A DNA stretch of 64,000 nucleotides from the human T2T-CHM13v2.0 reference genome, Homo sapiens, in NCBI RefSeq assembly GCF_009914755.1, contig NC_060930.1, one strand, 5' to 3'. Position 1 is the first letter of the stretch. Each line of letters begins with the position of its first letter. Under the pieces are notes generated by a model. The model searched no databases, was not told where the DNA came from, and saw nothing but the letters and a program-made list of their open reading frames with translations. Both the position numbers and the translations under genes were made by a program. Positions 31,047-50,289 of the stretch are shown here, one piece after another.

Positions 31047-31650
31047 TCAGGATTTTACAAGTTGTTTGGCTGAATTTTCATCATTCCTCACATTTGCTTA
31101 CCTTGTAACACCTTGTGGCCCTGCATTTGCAAGATGTGTCTCTGCTGAGACTTACGTTCTATAGACAAAGAGCAGGAAAAACACTAAGAAGCCTCATACA
31201 TAGAAATTCAATCCAAAACCATGACCTCATTAGTAGAGTATTCTAAATACCTGTGCATAGAATTATGAATTTGATAAAGATACAATGGTTATTTCTGGAG
31301 CCAAATGATAAAACTTGATTTTTATGCTGATTTAGACAAAACTCAATTTTACCCTTGAGTAGGAGAAAACATTTTTCAGAGGAAGATAGTTTTTAAACTT
31401 TTCAGCATTGAATCATATGTTTAAGCTGTGAATTAGTAATTTTGGCCCTAGGGTGATTTAAAAAACTAAACAATCTAAAGATTGGAAGAAGCTAATATAT
31501 ATAGTTTTAAAGACAAAATGGATAAGGATATAGGCTTACCTTCTGAATCAAGGCCTTAGTTTTTAAGTGCAAACTTTGAACTGCAAATAAAATACCTGTC
31601 AACGAAGTATGTTCTTGAAAATCCACTTGGCATTTTTCTCAAGTTCATGC

Positions 31651-31677
31651 ATATATATGTGTGTGTGTGTATATACA

Positions 31678-31709
<32 letters not shown>

Positions 31710-31726
31710 AAGAGAAAGAGAGAGAG
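31651..31726. repeat. Compound (AT)(GT)(AC)(AG) microsatellite
   Basis: Read directly from the sequence. Confidence 0.95.
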
Positions 31727-32685
31727 TGTATATATTCTTCATGGATAGTGAAACATAACTATCCATTGTTGGTGCTTGCAGAGCACTCTTACTTGGCCTT
31801 CTTTCATCTTTTGGAATGATTACTATACACGACACTCTAATTCAAAGAGTATTTTAGTACTAAATGTTTATTTAAATTTGTACATTTTTGGCATTATTTT
31901 AACATATCCTCTAAGGCCCTATCTACTGACACCCTATCTACTGAATTTGATCAACACATTTGATCAAGTAGCATAAGTCTTGCAAATAATGTGTCTACTT
32001 GATGGCCATTAGAGGGCCTTATTTTTTTTTCTCATGATACATTCGTTAAGAAATTATAACTACACCCTTTATTAAAGAATTCTTGTATAATGATACAAAA
32101 AGTAATCCCAGTGCTGATACTTTTGTTTGATGTCACTCTACAATCATTATTTCCAATAAAAATGATTGACTGTCTAAGTGGCTGACATAAGGAATGAGAC
32201 ATTCTGTTTGTTGCTATCACCACTGTTGGACTTGCCCATGGGCACTGCAGCTAAGACTTGTTATATGAGAAAAGTATACTTCTCCAGAAAAAAATAACAA
32301 TAAAATCCCTTTGCACTCATCCAGGAATGTTAGTTTCAAAAGCAGATAGAACTAGAAATATCAGTAGATTTCAGATTATACAGGTAGGTTCACAATGGAG
32401 TTAAGACTTAAACTCAGGTCTCCAAACTTCTATATATGTCTTCCTATTAAATAACTAATTTAAATAAATATTATTAACAATTGAATTCTAGAAATCTGCC
32501 TAGAAAAATTAATATATTTAAATGTCTCAGGATTCAAAAGAAAATGCATATACCAAAAGTCAGTGTGAAAGATTCTATTAAATCCAGTCCACTCAATATA
32601 GAATATATGTATAGCACTTGGCCCTCGTGGCAAATTACTTGACACTAATAAATCTTTTCTTTTTAATCAAAAACCTCAATATTAA

Positions 32686-32793
32686 CATATTCATTTCCTG
32701 TTGCTAAATAACAAAGTACCACAAACCCAGAGGCTTAAATTAACAACCATTTACTATCTCACAGTTCTAGGGGCCATCATTCTGCCTACCACA
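32686..32793 (-). mobile_element. MLT1 LTR termini joined by an internal deletion
   Basis: Minus strand tgtggtaggcagaatgatggcccc runs straight into tagaactgtgagatagtaaat... Confidence 0.6.
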
Positions 32794-32826
32794 CTTAAAA
32801 TAGGGAATAAAAAATAAATGAACTTA

Positions 32827-33150
32827 GGCTGGGTGCAGTGTCTCATGCCTGTAATCACAAACTGGGAAGCCAAAGCGGGGGGATCACCTGAGGTCAGGAG
32901 TTGGAGACCAGCCTGGCCAACATGATGAAAACCAATCTCTACTAAAAATACAAAAATTAGCTGGGCGTGGTGGTGGGTGCTGGTAATCCCAGCTACTCAG
33001 GAGGCTGAGGCAGAAGAATCACTTGAACCTGGGAGGCAGAGGTTGCAGTGAGCTGAGATCACACCACTGCACTCCGGCCTAGGTGACAGAGTGAGACTCA
33101 GTCTCTAAATAAATAAATAAATAAATAAATAAATACATAAATAAATAAAA
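32827..33150 (+). mobile_element. AluSx/Sz with (AAAT)n tail
   Basis: Dimer with gatcacctgaggtcaggag. Confidence 0.92.
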
Positions 33151-33743
33151 TAAACTTAAGAAAAATGCCAAGCAGATTTTCAAGAACACACTTTGTTGGT
33201 ATTTTATTTGTAGTTCAAAGCTTGCACTTAAGAACTAAGGCTTTAATTCAGAAGGTAAGCCTATACCTTTATCCTTTTTGTCCTTAAAAGCTAGAAATGA
33301 AATCAAAAGGATATTTTATTGGATACTATGACCATATTCAGATTACAAAGTCATAGCCAAAAGATGCATAACTTAAAACTGAATTATGCTTTTTGTTAAA
33401 GCAAGTACTTTTAACAGTTTTTTATTTTAAATTGACCATTTTAAAAAAAAGTTTTTATATTCCATGATAATTTACTTTAGCTCTTCTGAGAGCAAGCTTT
33501 CCTGCTATCCATGTTTCCGTCTTATGTGGTATGCATTTAAATACAGATATTTCATTAATTAAAAGTCTCGATGATTTTAAGTATTTCTCTGTAACACTGA
33601 ATCAATATTTAGATTTGAGCACATGGTTCTCTCTTCAGGAGATTTTATTTCTCTGCACTTCTCAGTGTACCAGAACCCTTGAGCCCAAAATACCAGTATA
33701 CTAATGTAATGTTCAATGTATAATATAATGTATACATGTGATA

Positions 33744-34447
33744 GGTAACATCCAAAGGGTTCTCCTTGCCTGCTCCCCAGACAGAGTCGATTTATCCGGA
33801 CAGGAGAATAGAGAGTTTAATTCATGCAATGCTGGCTGAACACAAGACTGGAGTTTTGTTATTACTCAAATCAGTCCCTTCGAAAATTTGGAGACTAAGG
33901 TTTCTTAAAGAAAGATAATTTGGTGGGTAGGGGGCCAGGGAGTGCAGACTACTGATTGGTCAGGCTGGAGCTGTCATTTGCACTGAGTCAGTCGGTTCCT
34001 GGGGGGGGCACTAGAAGACCAGATAAGCCAGTTTATAGATCTGGGTGGCACCAGCTGATCCAACCAGTGCAGAGTCTGAAAAATACTTCAAACATGAATC
34101 TTAGGTTTTATAATACTAATGTTATCTATTAGAGCAATTTGGGAGATTAGTGATCTTGCGGCATCTAGCTGCATGACTCCTCAGCCAGAACTTCTAATTT
34201 GTGGCTAATTTGTTAATTTTACAAAGGCAGTCTGGTCCCTAGGCAAGAAGGGGGTTTGTTTTGGAAAAGGGCTATTGTCATCTTTATTTCAAAGTTAAAC
34301 TGTAAAATGAGTTCCTCCCAAAGTTAGTTGAGCCCACGCTCAGGAATGAACAGCTTGGAAGTTAGAAGCAAGATGGAGTCAGTTAGGTCAGATCTTTTTC
34401 ACTGTCATAACTTTCTCACTGTTATGATTTTTGCAAAGGTGGTTTCA
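33744..34447 (-). mobile_element. LTR8 (A/B-like) solo LTR
   Basis: Minus strand starts tgaaaccacctttgcaaaaatcataacagtgagaaag...gactccatcttgcttctaac; ~700 bp. Confidence 0.85.
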
Positions 34448-35544
34448 CTGAAAATTCACTAGATATAGAAAGAGTGAGCTTTTGCTCTTGACGGTATCCA
34501 ACCAAGACAGGTATTTAGAAGACAGGTATCACACGAAATATTGGTAAATGCCTATCCTGTCACTTGTGTAGGCAGAAAAAAAATATGCACCCAGTAAAAA
34601 TTTAGATAGAAATCTTTTTTATATAAAAGCAAATTGGGAAGTTGTATTGTAGCAATTTAAAATGTTTAGAAAAATGTTATGACTCAGCCTACACTTATAA
34701 TCTAATACCATACAAAAGACTCAAAAGGAATGAGGATTTCTTAATGTGTTTGCCTAAAACAAGATTTTATATATAGAGAGAGATTGATTGACCTGTATCT
34801 GTATTTGGATACTTTTAAACCAAACACAATGAACAGATCTTTTTAAGGTTCTACTGATTGATGTCTCATATTTCCCAATTAAGATAATTTACATATTTTA
34901 GAAGCTGTTTACATGATTCTTAGAATTGCTTTGAATTTGAAATGAAGGCTGGGGGATAGGACAGCTGAAATGAGATTAAAGCATCTCTGATGAGAGGAAA
35001 CCACTTATTTTTCCAACTCTAAAAGGGAAGAATAGTAGACTATGCTTATTCAAAAAAATTTACAACTACCACACATCTACCATACCTTAGTAAATGATAA
35101 TTATATAAATTTTGAAAATATTATTAACTTTCTATTTTTGGGTCTTTAAAAGTTCCTGATTTCCTTATTCTAATATTCTTAACATTCTCTACAATATTTT
35201 TTCGTCTTTCTCAAAACACAGATGTATGATATTTCCAATGAGACATCTAATATTACATGTATTTTTCCTCTTTACTGGTTAAGTTGAAACTTGCTGATTG
35301 GTTGGAACACACTTTATCTATTTTTTTGTTTGCTTCTTTGTCTTATCTTTCTGTTTTTCATGCCATTCCTCATAGACTAAGATCTAAAATCTAATATTTA
35401 CTTAGGGAAAACTATGATTGCTAAATTAATTCTCTATTTAGTTGAATTTGTATCGTCTTACTGAAGCAAAGGGTTGGGTGTTTCTCTAGAAAACAAGAGA
35501 CTCATAAAAATATAAAATACCAATAATTCACTTTTACATATTAA

Positions 35545-35588
35545 AGAAAAGCAAAATGAAACAGAAAAGCAAAATGAAACAGAAAAGC
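35545..35588. repeat. 18-bp perfect tandem repeat (2.4 copies)
   Basis: agaaaagcaaaatgaaac twice, then agaaaagc. Confidence 0.95.
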
Positions 35589-35598
35589 TGTATATAGG

Positions 35599-36420
<822 letters not shown>

Positions 36421-36666
36421 TGTTTTTCATTTTTTAATGAATCTTACCAAAGTAATTATGATACTAATAGATTGGAACCCTGCTTTTGTTGATAGTCACT
36501 GGAGAGCTGTTAGATCTTAAAAATATATGTGCTTCTAAAATGGGGGAAAATACAAAGCTGCAAAGCTTTAATTCATATTAATCATTTATGATGTACCATC
36601 AATAAATTTATTTAAATTTGAAACTTCACTCTCCAAATGAGCATTTGCAATACAAAAAAATACTCG

Positions 36667-36993
36667 CTGGGTGTGGTGGCTCACGCCTGTAATCCCATCA
36701 CATTGGGAGGCCAAGATGGGCAGATCCCTTGAGCTTAGGAGTGCGAGACCAGCCTGGATAAGATGGCAAGACCCTGTCTCTACGAAACTACAAAATAATA
36801 ATAATAATTAGCCAGGCATGGCTGTACACACCTGTAGTCCCAGCTGCTCAACAGGCTGAGGTAAGAGGACCACTCTAGCCTAGGAGTTGGAGGGTGCATT
36901 GAGCCGAGATTGCTCCACTGCACTCCAGCCTGGGTAAGGGAGTGAGACCCTGTCTCAAAAAACCAAACCAAATAAAAAAACAACAATAAATAA
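36667..36993 (+). mobile_element. AluJ
   Basis: Diverged dimer with cttgagcttaggag and gcaagaccctgtctctac. Confidence 0.88.
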
Positions 36994-38412
36994 ACTTAAG
37001 CACCTAGTTTAGAATTCTGTAAGAGAAATGCAAACCGAGTGATCACTGCCTCCTTGATTTGTCCACATTATCTAAAATTGCTGAGCAATTAATTGGATCA
37101 GCCACATGATATTCAGAAGCTCCCTATAGGTGACTATAGAATATACAGACTCCTGGGGAACTCTAGTTACCCTGTTGAGCAGGTTGAGCAGACAGACTAT
37201 TTTTGATACATTAGCAAGCCTATCTTTTTGAAAAGAAATTGTGTACTATATATGTTTTTCTGAGCAAAACACTTCCCAATAGTCTCACAGGTAATAGTTT
37301 ACAGATGTGCTGGGATGTTGAGCTCCTCATGAGGAACAAGGGGTGGCTAGAGTCCTTGGGTTAGTCACTTTCAGCTGCTGCAAGCTATCTTTTTTGTTTA
37401 CATTGGTGTACCTTACGCATAGTATCATTGTCTATGAGTGCTATGAATTTTTTCATGAAGCACAGTAGAAAAACTATAATTAAATATATGGTTAATAATG
37501 CTTCTGTTTAAAATTAATTACTTATCACAAGGGGAAAGGACTCAACACTTTTAGCTATCCCAGGATACATCAGTTAATAAGAATCACAGATGCCTTCGAA
37601 GTGGTCAAAATGGTCATAAAAATCTAAGAACATAGCTAAAAGTGATGCTCTCCACTCACTTTTCTGGGCCAAATACAGCAGTATTCATTTATAGTGTTAA
37701 AATTTGTCAAAAAGTCATAGTGAAGAATATTTGGTATGAAAACTAAAATGACAGATATTAAACAATTAGTAATTTAAACTCTCTCCCAATTTTTAAGGGA
37801 GCAATGATAGGTGATAAGTGTAGAGCTGCTACTTGGTTATTAGAATTTTAATATTTTTGATGATATCATGTAATTCATTATTCTAACTAAAAAGTATTAC
37901 ACCGTCATACTGATGATGATTATCACTTGCTTTTCTCCTTCTTTGCTTTCAAAGTTTGTTGCAATAAAAAGTTATTTGATTAGGTATATTTTTCTAGGCG
38001 CTTAACTCATTTTGACAATTTTTTCACAAGTTTGGAAATATTCAGAACTCTAAATTTATTTATTTCTGCATCCTAGAACTTTATTCTAAAAACAAACAAA
38101 AAAAGTCTTATATTGTTAGAATGTTGGAAATACACTGAGAATTTGCAGAGATGCTTATGAAACAACAGTACCTCATTTCCTGTCATAGACCTTCACAGTA
38201 ATTACATCAGCCAAATAACCAAAAAAAAATTTTCTATTTGCATGCCATTTAAAGATTAGCAATGGACTGATTCTGAAGTAGTGATGTAATTGCCTAAAAG
38301 GAGTGAATCAATTTTGAAATTAATTACACTACTCCACAAGTATTTAGATATTACACTCTTCAGCATTATATTTTAGTGACAGAGAGGTTAGGTGGGGAGA
38401 GATTTTGGTGGG

Positions 38413-39264
<852 letters not shown>

Positions 39265-39820
39265 GTGCGTGTGGAAGGTCGGGGGAGGCCAGGAAGAGGG
39301 CCTTAAAGCAATAGAATAAAGAGAGTATCAGACGTATTATATGAAAATCTTCAAATTTACATGACCCTAATTTTTTAAAAACTGTATTATAATACATCTT
39401 GACTATGTTCTTTCAATACCTAGGTAATCAGAACCAGAGACAATTTTATTTTATTTTATTTTTTAGTGTTATTGGGCTAATCCAAGAAACTTCAACATAG
39501 GGAAAGCCCCTTTTATTAGAATTCTAAAACTGAGACTTCCAAAACCAAATAGATCAATAAATATGACTCATATTATTTGCTGACTGGCCAAAATTAAGTT
39601 TATATTTTGATGCCACTTCTAAAAACAAGTAGTGATGAATATGTGACAATGAGACAGAAGTTGCTGTTTTCAACAGTTTGCTGGAGATTATTTTCTTATT
39701 ATTCATCATTTTGAGATCTATGAATTACACATCTACATCTTAAAGCCTTGTTATAAGGACAAATATACATGAACAAAAATCACTATATGATTATTTTTTA
39801 AAAAAACTCATCCCTAGGCC

Positions 39821-40119
39821 TTTTCTTTTTTTAGCTTTCATTTTAGGTTCATGGGTGCACGTAAAGGTTTCTTAATAGATAAACTTGTGTCATGGGGGTT
39901 TGTTGTACATATTATTTCATCACCTAGGTATTAAGCCCAGTACCCAATAGTTATTTTTTCTGCTCCTCTCCCTCCTCCCATCCTCTCCCCCACCAAGTAG
40001 ACCCCAGTGCCTGCTGTTTCCTTCTTTGTATTCATAAGTTTTCATCATTTAGCTCCCACTTAGAGGTGAGAACATGCTGTATTTGATGTTCTGTTCCTGT
40101 GTTAGTTTGCTAAGGATAA
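39821..40119 (-). mobile_element. L1PA13-16-like 3' end fragment
   Basis: gtgtcatgggggtttgttgtaca...ttatttcatcacc...gtacccaatagttatttt. Confidence 0.82.
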
Positions 40120-41569
40120 GCATGTAAAAGTATAGTTTGGTATTTTTCACCAGTTTTTATGTTTTGTTAACGTTCAAGTTTCTAATTTATTTACATACAT
40201 GCAGGGTAATGTTTCTATATAACTTAATTTATAATTGTAGGTGTTTAAAGACGCTTCAGTGGCATGCTCCCAGCCTTAGGACTATAGGAATGTAAATATC
40301 TTGGCATGAAATGTTTTGCACCAGTAAAGGCAAGCAATTAATCATATACAGGTGTTTTCATGCTGAATGAGTATTATTTTTTCAATCAAAGGGAATTATT
40401 TTTCACTTTTTACTTCAAGAAAATTGAATACCTTTGGGATACTGTTTTTATTTGGAGCTTCATAAAACTTAAAAGTCATGTTTATATGTTCATTAAAATA
40501 ATGCCTGTTGGATGTTCTAACATTGATAGTCTGTCTTAAGAATAGTGTTTAAGCAAAATATTTTCAGGCATGATTTCCAAAAGAGTTTATATGTCTTACT
40601 AAACTAAACCGTTTTTTGCAAAATGGAAATTTCTGGGAATTGATCATAATATAAGCAAGAAAATGACAAAAAGCTAAGTAATATTGAAATAAATAATAGT
40701 AGTTGAATAACTCACAGTAAATGATTGAACTGACACATATGTTATAGAATACTTAGTGAGACTTTTTAATCAACTGAAAAAAATCAGGTAACAGAATATA
40801 GAGCAAGATTCCCATTTCATTTAAACACATATTAAACCATATATTCATAGGAAAAAGAATGGAAACCTGTACACTAAAATGATACAGATGATTACATTAA
40901 ATATGGCATTTTCTCAATTTCCCTTTTTGATGCTCAAAATTTTAAATATTTTCTAGAATAAGAAATTTCTATAAAGGGGGAAAACAAATCTTATTTTAAA
41001 ATGAATTAAACTTAATCATTAAAACATCTATGCAAATATAAAATCACAAGAAAGCTTGATCATATGACAGCAGCACTGATAAAAAATGAGAAGGTAGAAA
41101 TCTGACTTCCTCTATGATCTGCAGCATAATCTATGATTAGAATTGGATTTCTGTCACACTCTGGCTGATAACCTTATCAGAACTTTTATCCCTGACAAAC
41201 TAGAAGTTATAATAATAGTGTGTTTTTATGTAGGTGTTTTTCTTAAGGGACAGGTTTATATAGGTTGATTTAGATGTAACAGGATTTGTGAATTAGAACA
41301 CAGGATTTACATCGTAATGTAGACTGCCATTGGTCCTAAAGGAAATAAGTTGCTTTATTTGGGCCACTTTTGCTCTTCATTTATCATAACAATAGGAAAA
41401 GAATAAGACCATGGTGAGAATGCCTAAACATTAAATGCTACTGCTATTGGAGATGAGAAAACTAAGCTGAAAATATAATTAACTTTGTACAAACGGTAAA
41501 TATTGTCCTACTATTTTGACCAGGGATGTTTGTTTTATGAGTATACATTTATATCTATTAAAACACCTT

Positions 41570-42254
<685 letters not shown>

Positions 42255-42262
42255 AGAAGATG

Positions 42263-42296
<34 letters not shown>

Positions 42297-42495
42297 CTTT
42301 AAGTTTTAGGGTACATGTGCACAATGTGCCAGTTAGTTACATATGTATACATGTGCCATGTTGGTGTGCTGCACCCATTAACTCATCATTTAGCATTAGC
42401 TATATCTCCTAATGCTATCCCTTCCCCCTCCCCCCACCCCACAACAGTCCCCAGAGTGTGATGTTCCCCTTCCTGTGTTCATGTGTTCTCATTGT

Positions 42496-46322
<3,827 letters not shown>

Positions 46323-46385
46323 TATGATGTTAGCTGGTGATTTTGCCCATTAGTTGATGCAGTTTCTTCCTAGTCTCAATGGTCT

Positions 46386-47402
46386 TTACATTTTGGCATG
46401 ATTTTGCAGCAGCTGGTACCGGTTGTGCCTTTCCATGTTTAGTGCTTCCTTCAGGAGCTCTTTTAGGGCAGGCCTGGTGGTGACAAAATCTCTCAGCATT
46501 TGCTTGTCTGTAAAGTATTTTATTTCTCCTTCACTTATGAAGCTTAGTTTGGCTGGATATGAAATTCTGGCTTGAAAATTCTTTTCTTTAAGAATGTTGA
46601 ATATTGGCCCCCACTCTCTTCTGGCTTGTAGAGTTTCTGCTGAGAGATCAGCTGTTAGTCTGATGGGCTTCCCTTTGTGGGTAACCCGACCTTTCTCTCT
46701 GGCTGCCTTTAACATTTTTTCCTTCATTTCAACTTTGGTGAATCTGACAATTATGTGTCTTGGAGTTGCTGTTCTCGAGGAGTATCTTTGTGGCCTTCTC
46801 TGTATTTCCTGAATCTGAATGTTGGCCTGCCTTGCTAGATTGGGGAAGTTCTCCTGGATAATATCCTGCAGAGTGTTTTCCAACTTGGTTCCATTCTCCC
46901 CGTCAGTTTCAGGTACACCAATCAGACACAGATTTGGTCTTTTCACATAGTCCCATATTTCTTGGAGGCTTTGTTCGTTTCCTTTTATTCTTTTTTCTCT
47001 AAACTTCCCTTCTCACTTCATTTCATTCATTTCATCTTCCGTCACTGATACCCTTTCTTCCAGTTGATCGCATCAGCTCCTGAGGCTTCTGCATTCTTCA
47101 CGTAGTTCTCGAGCCTTGGCTTTCAGCTCCATCAGCTCCTTTAAGCACTTCTCTGTATTGGTTATTCTAGTTATACATTCATCTAAATTTTTTTCCAAGT
47201 TTTCAGCTTCTTTGCCTTTGGTTTGAATTTCCTCCTGTAGCTCGGAGCAGTTTGATCATCTGAAGCCTTCTTCTCTGCACTCGTCAAAGTCATTCTCCGT
47301 CCAGCTTTGTTCCATTGCTGGTGAGGAACTGCGTTCCTTTGGAGGAGGAGAGGCGCTCTGCTTTTTAGAGTTTCCAGTTTTTCTGCTCTGTTTTTTCACC
47401 AT
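46386..47402 (-). pseudogene. L1 ORF1, disrupted
   Basis: 1017-nt span as expected for 338 aa; in-frame TGA stops (CGA decay) at 47256-47258, 47073-47075 and 47013-47015; C-terminal 186 aa open. Confidence 0.93.
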
Positions 47403-47981
47403 CTTTGTGGTTTTATCTACTTTTGGTCTTTGATGATGGTGATGTACAGATGGGTTTTTGGTGTGGATGTCCTTTCTGTTTGTTAGTTTTCCTTCTAACA
47501 GACAGGACCCTCAGCTGCAGGTCTGTTGGAGTTTGCTAGAGGTCCACTCCAGACCCTGTTTGCATAGTTAGCAGCAGCATTGTCTGCAGAACCGTGGATT
47601 TTCGTGATCCGCGAATGCTGCTGTCTGCTTGTTCCTCTGGAAGTTTTGTCTCAGAGTTGTACCCGGCTGTGTGAGGTGTCAGTCTGCCCCCACTGGGGGG
47701 TGCCTCTCAGGCTGCTCGGGGGTCAGGGGTCAGGGGCCCACTTGAGGAGGCAGTCTGCCCGTTCTCAGATCTCCAGCTGCGTGCTGGGAGAACCACTGCT
47801 CTCCTCAAAGCTGTCAGACAGGGACATTTAAGTCTGCAGAGGTTACTGCTGTCTTTTTGTTTGTCTGTGTCCTGCCCCCAGAGGTGGAGCCTACAGAGGC
47901 AGGCAGGCCTCCTTGAGCTGTGGTGGGCTGCACCCAGTTTGAGCTTCCTGGCTGCTTTGTTTACCTAATCAAGCCTGGGCA

Positions 47982-48062
47982 ATGGCGGGTGCCCCTCCCC
48001 CAGCCTCGCTGCTGCCTTGCAGTTTGATCTCAGACTGCTGTGCTAGCAATCAGCGAGACTGA
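47982..48062 (+). other. Truncated L1 ORF0 (26 aa)
   Basis: gcaATGg start; MAGAPPPASLLPCSLISDCCASNQRD then TGA at 48060-48062 across the inversion junction. Confidence 0.8.
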
Positions 48063-48160
48063 GCCAAGATGGCCAAATAGGAACAGCTCCGGTCTACAGC
48101 TCCCAGCGTGAGCGACGCAGAAGATGGGTGATTTCTGCATTTCCATCTGAGGTACTGGGT
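48061..48160 (+). promoter_or_regulatory. L1 sense core promoter (YY1 motif aagatggcc, 48066-48074) and +97-type splice donor (GT at 48152)
   Basis: gagccaagatggcc start and ctgag|gtactg match known L1 5'UTR elements; activity not shown. Confidence 0.7.
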
Positions 48161-48528
48161 TCATCTCACTAGGGAGTGCCAGACAGTGGGCACAGGTCAG
48201 TGGGTGCAGTGCACCTTGCATGAGCCGAAGCAGGGCGAGGCATTGCCTCACTGGGGAAGCACAAGGGGTCAGGGAGTTCCCTTTCCTAGTCAAAGAAAGG
48301 GGTGACAGACAACACCTGGAAAATCGGGTCACTCCCACCCCAATACTGTGCTTTTCCGACGGGCTTAAAAAACGGTGCACCAGGAGATTATATCCCACAC
48401 CTGGCTCGGAGGGTCCTATGCCCAGGGAGTCTCGCTGATTGCTAGCAGTTGTTTTTAAGACAAGATTTGTTAGTACAATGTTCCTTAGGAGTGATTCTAA
48501 CGTAGTTTATTAGAACTGATTATATTAT

Positions 48529-48841
48529 TGTTGTAGGAAAAAACCGGGTTCTTATCAGAGGACCAGGATAATTTAGACACGTGGACATATTGTAGGGTGA
48601 GTAGGGCAGGGTTTATTGGGTGCAAAGGAAAAAAGGGAAACAGGAACCCTCAGCAAAGCAAGAGAGTCCTGTTAGCTGGTTTACCCCCTCACAGATTGAA
48701 TCCCAGGTTACCACACAGGAAGAGGAGAGCCAGCCTGCTCCCCCCTACAAAGGCGGGAACTTCCCGAGGCTCCACCCCATTCTCCCAGTGCACAGGCCGG
48801 TTGGGTATTCTCCAGGGACCCCTTTTTACTTGGCTGCCTCA
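48529..48841 (-). mobile_element. MER61-like solo LTR
   Basis: Minus strand starts tgaggcagccaagtaaaaaggggtccctggagaa; TG...CA termini; 4-bp TSD ttat. Confidence 0.8.
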
Positions 48842-50289
48842 TTATTACATTAAAATTAGCAGCATGATATCTGTGATATTGGTGAGCTGATACTAGTTTT
48901 GCATCCTAGTAGAAACAATCACACCTAAAAACATTCCTATAGATTGCATTAATTGTCAATCATTAATACATATAGATAATATTAGGAGAGTTACTCAGTT
49001 ATATTCTGTAATATTTCCCTGTAGCTTCTGTTGCAGTCACTTGCATCCAGCTGGTATTTAATAAAAGTGAACTCATTCATGACTCACCTCCTTTTCTAAT
49101 TAAGTTCTTAGTCTTATACTACCTTGGTCTACCTTTCTAATTATTGTATAACCCATGACATATAATAGGGCCATGTCTCTGAGCCTGACCAATATTTTGG
49201 CCTTTCATGATTAACAGCCTTAACTAATTTTTATCTTATATAGCTAATTTGATTTCATCATTGGAGCCACAAATACCACAGGGAAGCCATGATGATTCAA
49301 TTACTTTTTTCAGCTGATAGTTTTAACCATTTCCCTGGATTCTCAAGTTAAGTTAATCTCTCAGATGGTTCACCTGGTGCTTCAGAAATCAATTCTTAAA
49401 AGTGAATTTTATCATACAATAGAATTTTTCTCTCATCACAGACAATATCTCAAAGTTTCTGTCTGAAACATAAAATATAAGATTTTCTTCACAAGAAAAA
49501 ATGAGGCTAAAACAAAATTAGTTTTATAGCAGAAAACTACAAGTTAGGTGGTATCTAGCAATTGTGATACTTTATTATATTAGGTCATCTCTCCAGGGCA
49601 GAACATCTTTTCCAATTATACTCAAACTGCATCATTGTCAATTATATCACATCAACTAGTTGTAGCAACAGGGAAGAAGTTTGTACTGATCTTTATACTC
49701 TTAAATAACTATGCTGAGTAATTTTAAGAGCAGGGTTTATTGACAAAAATCATAGGCCGAATTACAAGGCAGTACAAAATCTCCATCAATGTTTAGGCAA
49801 CTAGGCAAAATCCAATTACAGGATATTTGATATAGATAAGTGCCAGCTACTAAAATGAGAAAAAAAATGTAGAAAAGAATAAAAAAAGAAAATAGGATTA
49901 AGATAGGAGGTATAAGAAAGATAAATGAGAGAAAATTAATGAGGAAAGTTAAATGAGATAAATTAGATAAAGTCCTGCCTTTGGATAGTGATGCACAAGT
50001 AGCAATTACCCTCTGTAGCACTAGGGTGGATTTCTATGTTCATTAAAGGGGTTACACCAGTGTTTTTGGCAAATCTGTAATGAAGGATAGTGCATTGTGA
50101 GACTAACTGGATTGTAATGAAATATACAATTAAGTGAAAATAGTGAAAGTAAATGCAAGGATATGAAAGGAACATTTGCTATATTCTTTATGTACATATC
50201 CTTCTGAATTACTCTGGAAAAAAGAGGATAAAAAATTATATTCTACTCCAAAGTAATTGCCAATAAATACTGTCAAGAGGCAACTCATA

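Noticed and set aside
48030-48398. 122-aa ORF spanning the inversion junction on the minus strand
   Set aside because: It begins at GTG, not ATG, and is the orphaned ORF0 C-terminal frame reading through antisense 5'UTR; no promoter evidence.
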